From the IMG/VR virus record IMGVR_UViG_3300033145_002224, positions 1-64,000 of that record: 64,000 nt of DNA; one strand, 5' to 3'. A model generated the notes under the pieces. That model was given only the letters and a program-made list of their open reading frames with translations, was not told the origin of the DNA and ran no database searches. Below are positions 26,420 through 37,100 of the stretch, in pieces. This DNA comes from a virus. The stretch's first letter is position 1, and each line of letters starts with the position of its first letter. Position numbers and translations under genes: made by a program.

Positions 26420-27499
26420 ATGACTAATAGTAACAAAACAAAATCTAGTAAAAAAGGCTCATATATCGGTGTGGTGGGGGATTTACATTTTCGTCGATCC
26501 CTCGGCTACGCTGAGTTGATAGAGGATAATCGTATCTCTGAGAAAAAAGAGACGCTAGATTTAATTGTAGAATCATTTAAGGATTGTAATACTATAGTAT
26601 TTCTTGGAGACCAACTCAATGGTCGTAATAATCTATCAGTTGTAATTAAAGAATTTGTACAATTTATTGAGCGTTTTAATGATAAAGAAGTATATATTAT
26701 AGCTGGAAATCATGAGGTCTATGGAGACGGAAAAAGTGCTTTAGACTTCCTTAAAGAGATAAAGAACCCGAAAAGGCATATTATCACCAAAACGGTAGAA
26801 AAAGCGCGTATAGGGCCACTACAGGCTGTCCTATGTCCTTATTTTACTAAGTCTGAACTAGGCACTGATAGTAATAAAGAAGCTACAGAGATGGTAATGG
26901 GTAAACTAGACAAAGGTGATATTCTTTTTGTTCACCACACAATATCTGATACTTTTACAAATAGCGGAATTCAGACAAATATTTTTAACGAAGTCGTATT
27001 ACCAAAGTCTGATTTATTTAAAAAATATAAGATAGTGTTTGGTGGCCATATACACAAGCCACAGAATATAGAGGATAAGTTGATAATAGCCGGTTCGGTC
27101 TTTACCAACGAGGTAGGAGAAAAAGATAAGTATGTCTGGAAATTAGATCCAAGTGATCTAAGTGTAGAAAGCATAAGACTACCGGTCAGGCCAATCATTA
27201 AAATGGAGAATCCTGAATTTTTGGGCGAAACCGTCCCGGCTAATGGTATTATCAAAATTATTTTAACAGACAAGAAAAAATATAGAGGTAAATTGGATGA
27301 ATTAAAAGATAGTTTTAAAATTGCCTTAAAGGATGGTGCATTTATTATACTAGAACAATATCCCAATACAAGGAAGAAGGTTCATTTTGAAGAAGGAATG
27401 CTAGAATTTAATGTAGAAGATTTATTAGGAGTGTATGCTAAACAAAAAAAGGTTGATCATAAAAAATTACTTAGGGGATGGGAAATAATTAATAAATAA
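26420..27499 (+). CDS. sbcD: SbcD/Mre11-like nuclease
   Basis: GDLH, LGDQ, AGNHE, VHH, GGHIH, AGS; SbcC lies downstream. Confidence 0.85.
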   Translation: MTNSNKTKSSKKGSYIGVVGDLHFRRSLGYAELIEDNRISEKKETLDLIVESFKDCNTIVFLGDQLNGRNNLSVVIKEFVQFIERFNDKEVYIIAGNHEVYGDGKSALDFLKEIKNPKRHIITKTVEKARIGPLQAVLCPYFTKSELGTDSNKEATEMVMGKLDKGDILFVHHTISDTFTNSGIQTNIFNEVVLPKSDLFKKYKIVFGGHIHKPQNIEDKLIIAGSVFTNEVGEKDKYVWKLDPSDLSVESIRLPVRPIIKMENPEFLGETVPANGIIKIILTDKKKYRGKLDELKDSFKIALKDGAFIILEQYPNTRKKVHFEEGMLEFNVEDLLGVYAKQKKVDHKKLLRGWEIINK

Positions 27500-27506
27500 T
27501 AAATAA

Positions 27507-27788
27507 ATGTATTATAATAAACGAGGTGAAGAAATAGATATAATGGAATGGACAGAATTAACGGAAGATGAGGAATATAGAAAAATAAAACAAGAAAATG
27601 TTGGTAAATATTTTATTTCAACTGTTTGGATTGGTTTAAATCATAATTTTGGTGATGGTGAACCATTAATATTTGAAACTATGGTTTTTGGAGGTAAGGA
27701 AAGTGATTTAGATATGGATAGATATTCAACATTAAAAGAGGCGGAAAAAGGACATAAGAAAATTGTTAAAAAATGGTCTAAAAAATAA
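27507..27788 (+). CDS. Conserved-looking phage hypothetical protein
   Basis: ISTVWIGLNH...PLIFETMVF...RYST..EA..GH. Confidence 0.7.
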   Translation: MYYNKRGEEIDIMEWTELTEDEEYRKIKQENVGKYFISTVWIGLNHNFGDGEPLIFETMVFGGKESDLDMDRYSTLKEAEKGHKKIVKKWSKK

Positions 27789-27792
27789 ATAG

Positions 27793-28179
27793 ATGAAAGA
27801 CGAAATAACTATTGTTATACCGGAAAGTGCTTCTAACAATGTAGAATTAGATTTAGTTAATTTAACAGAGTATCTTGTTAAAAACGGACATGATGATGGC
27901 TCTGGCGGCGGTTATGGCCTGGGCGGTAAGTATGGATATGGAGTTGATTTTGAAAACGATACCTTTATGATGCATCCTCAATGTTGGTGTGAACAGGATA
28001 ATTGTAAGTGGTGTAATCCTGATGAAAATGATAACTATGCTCCTAATTTTCATTATAAACCAAGCGATTTTAAAATAGAGTGGTACAAGTGGGTGGGAAG
28101 AAGTATGGAATATAATCGTAAACTTAAAAAGGGTGAGTGGGGAAAAATATATAAAGAAGTAATTAAATCAATAAAATAA
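27793..28179 (+). CDS. Hypothetical phage protein
   Basis: CWCE..CKWC, PNFHYK...WYKWVGR. Confidence 0.7.
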   Translation: MKDEITIVIPESASNNVELDLVNLTEYLVKNGHDDGSGGGYGLGGKYGYGVDFENDTFMMHPQCWCEQDNCKWCNPDENDNYAPNFHYKPSDFKIEWYKWVGRSMEYNRKLKKGEWGKIYKEVIKSIK

Positions 28180-28183
28180 CTAT

Positions 28184-28456
28184 ATGAACAAATACTTAAT
28201 AACAATTCTAAAAAAGATGTGCTCCGTTGTGGGTGCTGATTATAGTAAAATTGACTTTAAAGAAGCTCAATGGTTTTGGAAATACGAGTGGAGTCAAGGG
28301 CAAGAAGATAAATTTAAGGAGTGGATGATCAAGTATTTAACAGATAATAAAGAAGCTAGAAAATTCATGATGGAATATCCCAGAAAAACTAAAAAAGTTA
28401 TAAAAAAATTAGTTGATGAATTTATTTGGAACTGGGGATGGAAAGTAAAAGAATAA
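28184..28456 (+). CDS. Hypothetical protein
   Basis: Trp-rich operon ORF. Confidence 0.65.
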   Translation: MNKYLITILKKMCSVVGADYSKIDFKEAQWFWKYEWSQGQEDKFKEWMIKYLTDNKEARKFMMEYPRKTKKVIKKLVDEFIWNWGWKVKE

Positions 28457-28459
28457 AAG

Positions 28460-28981
28460 ATGACTAGTGGAATACCAAAAAATGGATTACCAAATAAGGG
28501 GTGGTTTAAAAGGGGGCATAAACCCGTTGATAATACTGGTCGTTTTAAAAAGGGAAATCCGGGTTATTGGCTTGGTAAAAAACGTTCTATCGAAGACAGA
28601 AAAAAAATAGGTGCCGGTCACATTGGTGTATGTGCTGGAGATAAACACCCTAACTGGAAGGGGGGAATAACCAATTTTAGAGTACGTCTTTATGTTTCTT
28701 ATAAATATACTAATTGGCGTAGAACTATTTTCAAACGAGATTGTTATACTTGCCAAGAATGTAATTAAGTTGGAGGAAAATTAGAAGCACACCACATTAA
28801 ATGTTTTTCAGGTTTATTAAAAAGATATAATATTAATTCATATGATGAGGCATTGGAATGTGATGCATTGTGGGATATAAATAATGGTGAAACATTATGT
28901 AAGGATTGTCATAAAAAAACTCCAAACTATAAAAATAAAATAGTACTTCTTAGTAGACTTGGTAAATTTGAAAAAATATAA
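28460..28981 (+). pseudogene. NUMOD3-HNH homing endonuclease with an in-frame TAA at 28766-28768
   Basis: HPNWKGG...RDCYTCQECN*VGGKLEAHHIK...NNGETLCKDCHKK continues in frame to TAA at 28979-28981. Confidence 0.85.
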
Positions 28982-29002
28982 AACAATAATTAAATAACAA
29001 GC

Positions 29003-29518
29003 ATGACAGTACTAGGCATAGATCCATCTTTAACAGCAACCGGCTGTGTTAAACTAAAAGATGGTAGCATATTAAGCAAACAATTAATCAAAACTAAACC
29101 ATCTGGGAGTCTTCCAATAGAAGAGCTCGGCCGGTTACAATATATTCGTGACAGCATTGACACTACGGATGTTAAAATAGCAGCAGTGGAGGGATTGGCT
29201 ATGATGAGTAGGAAATCTACATCGTTGGTTCAACTGTCTGGATTGAACTATTTTATTAGAGAATATTTACAACTCTCAGAAGTTCCATTTATCATAGTCC
29301 CTCCTACTGTCTTGAAGAAATTTATAACAGGAAAGGGTAATAGTCCAAAGGAATTAATGCTGTTAGAGGTTTATAAGAGATATGGGGTATCATTTGATGA
29401 TAACAATACCTGTGACGCATATTGCTTGGCCAGGATATGCCATGCCATTAAATATCCAAAAGAAAAAATAACAAAAATACAACAAGATATAATTAAATTA
29501 TTAAAAAAACAATTATGA
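29003..29518 (+). CDS. ruvC: RuvC-like Holliday junction resolvase
   Basis: VLGIDPSLTATG, AVEG, PTVLKKFITGKGN, NTCDAY. Confidence 0.88.
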   Translation: MTVLGIDPSLTATGCVKLKDGSILSKQLIKTKPSGSLPIEELGRLQYIRDSIDTTDVKIAAVEGLAMMSRKSTSLVQLSGLNYFIREYLQLSEVPFIIVPPTVLKKFITGKGNSPKELMLLEVYKRYGVSFDDNNTCDAYCLARICHAIKYPKEKITKIQQDIIKLLKKQL

Positions 29519-29793
29519 AAATTCTAGATCAAGAGCAATTAGACTTTATTAAGCTAGTGTACATTCAAAAGCAGTACGATATGGTACAGACTGTTTTGGG
29601 TACAGAACAATCGACTGTCTTAGCTATGTCAGATTTTATTAATAGTGACACAAATGATTTTATGGAGGTTTTACAGCAATCCGTGGTTGCTCAAGTTGCC
29701 ATAGATAATATCAAATCTGAAAAAAGTAGCACTGGAAAAATCGCTAAGAAGACTGCTAAAAAAAGAGTTAAAGTAACTATTAAAAATAAATAA
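29515..29793 (+). CDS. Hypothetical protein
   Basis: Operon ORF. Confidence 0.6.
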   Translation: MKILDQEQLDFIKLVYIQKQYDMVQTVLGTEQSTVLAMSDFINSDTNDFMEVLQQSVVAQVAIDNIKSEKSSTGKIAKKTAKKRVKVTIKNK

Positions 29794-30111
29794 ATGGATG
29801 AAACAAAGACCATTAAGGTCATTACGCCCAGCCGATGCCCTCTATGTAATGGGGACATCCATGTTTGTGTTTCTCAAGTGCCCGCTTCATTAAATTGGGT
29901 ATTGGACGCAAAGGTCATTGAACAAAATAAAAAAAATCTTAAAAAGAAATTAGATGAAATTAAATTTAAGAATAAAGGTGAAAAAGAACTAATTTTTGAG
30001 TGGTTGAAAAATGAGGCTACTATCATAGGACCGGAGGATGTCGAAAGTCTATTTCAACAAATATTAGCTGATCAAAATGCAAAAGAAGTACAAGATAAAA
30101 ATAAGAGTTAG
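29794..30111 (+). CDS. Hypothetical protein with CxxC
   Basis: RCPLC; operon ORF. Confidence 0.6.
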   Translation: MDETKTIKVITPSRCPLCNGDIHVCVSQVPASLNWVLDAKVIEQNKKNLKKKLDEIKFKNKGEKELIFEWLKNEATIIGPEDVESLFQQILADQNAKEVQDKNKS

Positions 30112-30337
30112 AGTTGGGCATCTTACTGTTTATTCTGACTCTGAAGTCTTACAACCCAGTAAATGTCGCCGGTGCGGCAAGGTTATTTACTGGGTGACTA
30201 CTGTAGGAAATAAAAAAATGCCTATTTCCCGGTTGAGTGATGGTGACTTTGTAAGTCATTTCTCCAATTGCCCGCATGCTAATTACTTTAGAAAAAAACA
30301 TGTCAAAAGCAATAGATATAACAGGACAAAAATTTGA
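30077..30337 (+). CDS. Small zinc-binding phage protein
   Basis: CRRCGKVIYW...KKMP...SHFSNCP. Confidence 0.7.
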   Translation: MQKKYKIKIRVRVGHLTVYSDSEVLQPSKCRRCGKVIYWVTTVGNKKMPISRLSDGDFVSHFSNCPHANYFRKKHVKSNRYNRTKI

Positions 30338-30950
30338 TAGACTAACCGCTATTAGGTTTGATTATATAGGGAGAGGCGGAAACCATTATTGGCTTTTTAA
30401 ATGTGATTGCGGTAATTATACAATAGCCTCAAAAAGCTGTGTTAAATATGGCACAATAAAAAGTTGTGGGTGCTTGAATAGTGAACTTACAATAAAAAGG
30501 AACACAACACATGGTATGTCTAGTACTCGTTTTTATAGAATTTTTTATTTAATGAAGGGAAGATGTTATGATAAAAAAAATGATTCTTATAAATATTATG
30601 GTCAACAAGGAATTAGGGTTTGTGATAGGTGGTTAAAATTTGAAAATTTTAGAGATGATATGTACGAATCTTATCAGAAACACGCAAAGAAATATGGTGA
30701 AAAAGATACTTCTATAAATAGGGAAAGAAATACAGAAAATTATTGTTTTGAAAATTGTGAGTGGAACACACAAGAAAAACAACAAAACAATAGAAGAAAT
30801 AATCATAAATTAACCTATAAAGGACAAACTTTAAATATATGTCAGTGGGCAAAAAAATTCAATATTAATAGGCAAACTTTGTCATATCGCATTGATCTTG
30901 GTTGGTCCATGGGAAGGGCCTTGAAAACTCCGACCAAACAACATAAATAA
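30300..30950 (+). CDS. HNH-family homing endonuclease (copy 1; probable start 30300)
   Basis: IDITGQKF, WLFKCDCG, KSCGC, MKGRC, YKYYG..GIRVCDRW, ENCEW, QQNNRR. Confidence 0.85.
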   Translation: MSKAIDITGQKFDRLTAIRFDYIGRGGNHYWLFKCDCGNYTIASKSCVKYGTIKSCGCLNSELTIKRNTTHGMSSTRFYRIFYLMKGRCYDKKNDSYKYYGQQGIRVCDRWLKFENFRDDMYESYQKHAKKYGEKDTSINRERNTENYCFENCEWNTQEKQQNNRRNNHKLTYKGQTLNICQWAKKFNINRQTLSYRIDLGWSMGRALKTPTKQHK

Positions 30951-30961
30951 CATAAGAAACG

Positions 30962-33064
30962 ATGATAGTTTTAAAAGAAATAAAATTAATAAATTTTCTA
31001 AGTCACCAAAAAAGTCGAATCAACTTCCGCCTAAATCAGAAGCTTTTAATTGATGGAAAAAGTGGAAGTGGAAAAAGTACGGTTTTAGACGCTTTAGTAT
31101 GGGTATTATATGGGAGGGGGAGGGCTGATAATCGTTCATTGATTAAACGTGGTGAAAAAACAGCTAAAGTTGATGTCATCCTAGCCGATGATGATAAATA
31201 CTATAAGATTAAGCGTGTAATCACCTCGAAAGGCAAGCATTCGCTTAGCCTGAAAGAATCAAAAGACGGTAAAAAATATACATTAGTAAAGGTGACTGGC
31301 GTTAAAGAAACCCAGGATTATATAGAGAAGAAAATACTACACTCCTCTTACTTACTTTTTATAAATTCGATCGTCTACCCCCAAGACAACGCTGACACCT
31401 TTGTAAAACAAAATGCCTCTAAACGCAAAGAACTTTTAATGGAAATAATAAATGCTGACAGCTATGATGAGCACCTCAAAAAGACAAAAGAAATACTTAA
31501 GGATAATGAGACAAAACTAGTTATAGCAAATTCTGAAATAGGGCAAAGAACAAATATTATAGAAGAAAATGAGGAAGAAGCTAGTAAACTAAAACAATAT
31601 AAAGAAAAAGAAGCAAAAATAAACGATAAATTAGAAAAAGCCGAAGAAAAGATAGATAAGAATATGGAAGCCAAACGGGCTAATGACAAGATAGTAATAA
31701 CGGCAGAAGCTAAGAATGCTGAAATAATCAAAAACACCTCTGAAGTGGATATTAAACAAGAGTCCCTAGAAGAGTTAAATAAGGTCTATATAAAATTACA
31801 GACACAAAATGTCGATGAAATAGTCGAAAAGGTGGAGTTGTTGAAAAAAAAGCGGGTCTACCTCCTTAAAATCGAGGTAAAACGGGACGCTATAATCAAA
31901 TGGAAAGATGAATATTCAAAAATTGTAGCAGAGCAACCAATCGGATATAATTATGATAATGATATAAGCGAATTGAACAGACGTATTATAAATATACAGA
32001 CAGAGAAAATAGAAAATTGTCCTGTTATAAATAAAGCATGTCCACTACTTGAAAAGAAACAAGAGGATAGGGTAAGAGAATTTGAAAAAGATTTAGAAGA
32101 CAAGACAACCAGAAAGAAGACGCAGGGAGAGGAGCTTGCTATCTTTAATAAACAAATTGAAGAATTAGGTAAAGCACCAGAGTTTGATGAGGGTGCCTTT
32201 ACTCAACTTAGGGCAGAAATATCCACCCTAGAACCATACCAAGAAAAATATGAACAATCTAAGCAGGTAGAACAAGAACTTAAAATAATAGAAGAAAAGA
32301 TAACTACCGCTAAACAAGATATAAAAAAAATAAAAGAAGATAAAATTACCCTTGAGAATGATTTTGAGAAATTACGAGAGAGTATTAGAACAAAAGAACT
32401 ATTGGATGAACAGACAATCCTTATAACTGAACGCTCTAAATTAAGATCTGAACATGATGAAAATATAAAGAACACCGTTAGCGCCCAAGCAGCTGTTAAC
32501 ATTATTAAAAATTCTAAGGAGGAGCTTAAAAAAGCAAAAATTGTTGTTAAGAAACTTAGCGGTAATGTAGAGAATTTAACTCTACTTAAAGACGCGTTCG
32601 GGCCGAATGGTATTAAGGCAATAGTCATAGATTACACGATTCCAAGGTTAGAAGATAAGATTAATGATATACTCGGTAGGCTTAGTGATTTTAGGGTACG
32701 TCTAGACACCCAGAAACAGGCTATAAGCAATGAAAATACCATAGAGGGACTGTTTATCACGATTATTAATGATATGGGTGAGGAGTTAGACTATGAGTTA
32801 TTCTCAGGGGGTGAAAAAATTAAAATATCTATAGCAATAAACGAAAGTTTAGCAGGAATTTCTAAGATAGATTTTAGAATATTGGATGAAGCAATTGTTT
32901 CTCTAGATAGTGAATCAACAGAACAATTTATAGAAACAATATTAATGATTCAGGATCAAATTTCTCAAATCATTTGTATTAGCCATATAAATGAGATAAA
33001 AGATATTTTTGAAGATAAAATGATGGTTAAAAAGATAAATGGTGATAGTGTTATAGTTAAATAA
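30962..33064 (+). CDS. sbcC: SbcC/Rad50-like SMC ATPase
   Basis: NFLSH, GKSGSGKST, Q-loop YPQ, coiled coil, FSGGEK, ILDE, CISH. Confidence 0.92.
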   Translation: MIVLKEIKLINFLSHQKSRINFRLNQKLLIDGKSGSGKSTVLDALVWVLYGRGRADNRSLIKRGEKTAKVDVILADDDKYYKIKRVITSKGKHSLSLKESKDGKKYTLVKVTGVKETQDYIEKKILHSSYLLFINSIVYPQDNADTFVKQNASKRKELLMEIINADSYDEHLKKTKEILKDNETKLVIANSEIGQRTNIIEENEEEASKLKQYKEKEAKINDKLEKAEEKIDKNMEAKRANDKIVITAEAKNAEIIKNTSEVDIKQESLEELNKVYIKLQTQNVDEIVEKVELLKKKRVYLLKIEVKRDAIIKWKDEYSKIVAEQPIGYNYDNDISELNRRIINIQTEKIENCPVINKACPLLEKKQEDRVREFEKDLEDKTTRKKTQGEELAIFNKQIEELGKAPEFDEGAFTQLRAEISTLEPYQEKYEQSKQVEQELKIIEEKITTAKQDIKKIKEDKITLENDFEKLRESIRTKELLDEQTILITERSKLRSEHDENIKNTVSAQAAVNIIKNSKEELKKAKIVVKKLSGNVENLTLLKDAFGPNGIKAIVIDYTIPRLEDKINDILGRLSDFRVRLDTQKQAISNENTIEGLFITIINDMGEELDYELFSGGEKIKISIAINESLAGISKIDFRILDEAIVSLDSESTEQFIETILMIQDQISQIICISHINEIKDIFEDKMMVKKINGDSVIVK

Positions 33065-33201
33065 ATGGAAATAATAAAAATTATATCAATCCACAAACGG
33101 AAACTTAAAGAAAAACCAGTAAAATCCGGAAATAAAAGGGTTATGGCTATTATAAAAGATTTTAATATTGTTCAAACAAGGCATATAGACGTTCCTGAAT
33201 A

Positions 33202-33327
33202 AATTGTTTGTTGAAAGCTGGGTTTAATGTAGTTGTCTCGTAAGTGCTAAGGCCTAGGACAACTGGGATATATATTGAAGGTTAAATAGATATATAGTCA
33301 ACCTCACCCAGCTTTTAGTAAATAATT
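33202..33327 (+). ncRNA. Stem-closed intergenic RNA element C
   Basis: AAAGCTGGGT...ACCCAGCTTT stem, inner hairpin AGTTGTC/GACAACT; flanks shared with element B. Confidence 0.5.
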
Positions 33328-33462
33328 AAATAAAACAATATGACATTAAAACAACAAATTTGGTTTATTTCTATGTCTATTGTATTACCATTCACCCTGG
33401 CCGGGCTACGTGGTATTTATAGTAGATATTTGGAATATAGAAAATAACAATTAAAATTATAT

Positions 33463-33828
33463 ATGGCAAATAAAAAATACAAGATTGAGTATGATAAATT
33501 TATTGATACCTATAAAAAAGGTATTGTAGATGGTGAAGAAGTGGGGGCACAAATAGTAAGACTAGCACAATACTATGCTGAGACTAATGTACAATTAACA
33601 TTAGCAGAAAATTCATTATCTATTATTTATAGGGAAATAGCCGGTGAGGTTGATGAAAATACAGACAAACCAATAGCAGTTGGTAAAGCTACTATTAAAG
33701 TAGATGCTACGCCTGAAGCGGCGATTGTAAGAGAATGTAAGGCTGATCTAAAAAATATAGAACAATTTATCAACTCTCTAAAGAGTTTACAAAAGGGGAT
33801 TCTAAATGAATATAGCCACATGAGCTAG
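33463..33828 (+). CDS. Helical hypothetical protein (possible recombination mediator)
   Basis: 121-aa coiled ORF. Confidence 0.6.
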   Translation: MANKKYKIEYDKFIDTYKKGIVDGEEVGAQIVRLAQYYAETNVQLTLAENSLSIIYREIAGEVDENTDKPIAVGKATIKVDATPEAAIVRECKADLKNIEQFINSLKSLQKGILNEYSHMS

Positions 33829-33848
33829 TCCCCATTTAAAATAAAAGC

Positions 33849-34106
33849 ATGCAAACGCATTATAAGTACTGCAAAAATCCTGATTGCGGTCAGTTGTTTC
33901 TTGAAACAACTAGTAGACAAATATACTGTTCTCGGAAATGTTTTAAGCGTCATTATAAAAAAACGCAGAAAGTCTCAGATTATCCATATTACGTTTGTGT
34001 TAACTGTGGCAAAAAAACAAAGCTCGACTTTCATCCGAAGTCGAGTTCTGTTAAATGGAGATTTTATACTTGTAAATTTTGTGGGTATCAAAGGAAGGAA
34101 GATTAG
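33849..34106 (+). CDS. Multi-zinc-finger small protein
   Basis: CKNPDC...YCSRKC...CVNC...CKFC. Confidence 0.7.
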   Translation: MQTHYKYCKNPDCGQLFLETTSRQIYCSRKCFKRHYKKTQKVSDYPYYVCVNCGKKTKLDFHPKSSSVKWRFYTCKFCGYQRKED

Positions 34107-37100
34107 TTTTTTGGTCTAATAATCATACTACCAATAAGTCTGGCAAAATCTTCAGCTATTAATGATATTTGACTATTATTTAGCTCCTTAATATCTTCCA
34201 GTGGTTTTAGTGATGAACTCATTATATTTGTAATAGTCTGTTCTGTCATTTGTTGTTCTGATTTAATATTCCCCAGAAGACCTTTAATTTCTGTTCCATA
34301 TCTACCAGCCAAGTCTACTACCTCCGAATCAGACAATTTTTTATCACTAGCTAATTCAAAGTACTTATCAGAAGGTACTTTTTTGATATATGTACGTATA
34401 TCATCAAATGCATTATAGAATTTTTGTGGATTGTATTGTTTCCTACTTGGACTAGATATAATCTTTACATTAGGATATTTGGCTATCACATCCTCGATAG
34501 TCTTTTTTAATTCTTTGGGAAGTTTCTCATAACGTTTTGTACGTACATGTTTTTCTATATTAGAGATAGCTTTATCAACCGTTTTATCTATACCGGCCAT
34601 TCTGTGCCAATTAGGATATTTATCTGCTTGATATTGCCAAAGTTTACCACCGCTCAATTTAGCTACTGGTGAATACCATGGTGTACCCTTGCCATAAAAT
34701 TTATTCATCTTTTGGACAACCTCTGACCAAAAATGCTTTACTTTAGGATCTTTCGCTGTTTTACCAGAAGTAAGAAGTTCATTAGCAAAATCATTATATC
34801 TTTTATCAGTCACTTTTTTATGATCAGATATAACCGGCATAGGTGTGAAGCCTTCTATGTCTTTTCTTTCCAGCATCTTTGGTATGGTACCATTTTTTAT
34901 ATATGCGTCATATTCCTTTTTAGTAATTTCACCTTTATAGTGCTCAACTAAACTATCTAGTTTTTTTTGTTTAATTTTTAATGCCTCAGGTGTTTTATCT
35001 CTATATATATCTTCTTGGGTTATATTCTTGTATTTAGTCCTTTGTTTAATTTCAGATGTACGTCGTTGTTCTAACGTATTTAGAATACGCTCTACTTGCA
35101 TATTTTCTACCTGTTTTTTGTTAGACTTAGAAAGCTTTTTATTAATTTGATTCACTTTTTTAAGCAGTATATCAGTATCTTTCTTTTTAACTGCCTGCTC
35201 TCCCATTATAATATCTAAAATACCAGGTTTTTCAACTATTTCTTTAGCTGGTTTTTTAGTAACAGTTTTAACGGCCTTAACAGCCTTAACAGCTTTTGGA
35301 TATTTTAATGGCAATTCTTTTATTGGAACCATTTTACCATCTTCACCTATCTTATATCCCTTAGGTGGCTGGACAGGCTTTTTTGATACTACCTTAACAA
35401 CATCTGGTATTTTCTTTTCCAATACTATCTTTTGGTCAATCTGTCCGACATCTTTAACTGGCACTATATCTTTGGTCAATTTCGTATTATTAACAACCAT
35501 TTTCTGGTTGGGTGTCATACCTTCATAAAACATATTAGTCAGCATATAATACTCTTTTCCTTTTGGAGTAAGAGTATTTTTTTTGAGTCCAGAATCTAAC
35601 CATTTCATAACCGTTTCTACTTTAACTGGGGTGGAACCATTCATAACACTCGCAGCTGTTTTTATATCTATCACCTCTCCAAGTTCACTGTTAATATTTT
35701 CTTGGAATCGTTCTGCTGTTTTAGCTGAACCCATTATTTTTTCTACTGCTCCGGTTAGTTTCGATATATATTGTGGTCCGGCATTACTAAACAAGTTATC
35801 ATTAGTCGTGACACTTTCTATAGTTTTAGTGGCTGATTTCTGTGGAACTGGTGTAGTTTTATTATTTCTAGCTAGGGCTTCCCTAAATGCATCTTTGGTT
35901 AAATTAACGATGATATATGGTTCTTGGCTTTCTTTAGCTCTACTACTAATATTAAAACGTGCATTATCACCCTCACTATATGGTTGACCAATTCTTGGCT
36001 CAATTTCAACTTCTAAACTAGTAATTCCTTCACGTTTCATTGCATCTGATAATGAATTTTTATTTAAAGTTATATCAAATTCAGCACGATTAAATTTTTC
36101 GTATTGTTCATTCATTGTCCTAACATTATGATTAATACTTTTCATATTACCATTACCATCTATTCTCCACTCTCTTGGCCACCATGCCACAGGAAGATAA
36201 CCACGTCCTTCTACATATACAAACGCTTGTACGTTTTTATCTGGATTTTTGTAAAATTGGTCCTCTCCCTTTTTAACCTTGGGACCAAGACGTTCATTAA
36301 CACGTTTCATAACCCAACTCATTACAGGGTCAGAGCGTTCAAGTAAAAGGACTCTTGGGTTACCATTCGGACCCATTCTAACCTTACCTTCGTCAATTGC
36401 TTTATTAACGTCTTTTATGTTTTTAGCCATTTGAGAATTTTTTTCAGCAGCCTGGCCGGTTAATTGCATTCTACCCTCTGGAACGAGCCCACTTGTTTCT
36501 GGCATATTTTCATATGTCTTTACTTTTAACTCTACTAAATCTGGGTTTTTTTCTACATGCTCTACCATTCTTCTTGGAATACCCTGTTTGGCGAGTGAAA
36601 TACCAGGTAAATCACCCTTTATTTTATTTCCTATACTAAAGAAATCAAGAACCTCTTCCTTTAGTCTTGCTTCCTTAGATAGGCTTTGTTTATATAAATG
36701 TTTTGCAGCTGTTACGGATTTGGCCCATTCTGCACCAGCTTGATCTATTGTAAGTTGACCTTCAATATATAAATCTGTAATTCTATCCTCTGTTCTTTTT
36801 AATCTATTACCTAGCGCCTTATCTACATTTTTTGATTCTGGCATTGTGACACCCTTATCCTTTAGTGGCGCGTATCTATTTAATTGATCTGTAGCAACAC
36901 TAGTTGCTTCTTTCTCTAATAGGGCCTTAGATTGAGCATTCGTTTTTCTATATCTTGGATAACCCAAACCATGTAAACCTACCATAACAGCCGCATTCAT
37001 AAGTGCGTCTTCTTCTTCAGCCCCCTCTATCATTGATAATGTATATACACCCATACCAAGACCAGCATAACCCTTCCAGGTTTGTCCTACGGTACCAACC

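Noticed and set aside
28766-28768. Stop-codon reassignment (alternative genetic code)
   Set aside because: Only isolated internal TAA codons; TAA, TGA and TAG all end genes normally and long genes are intact in code 11
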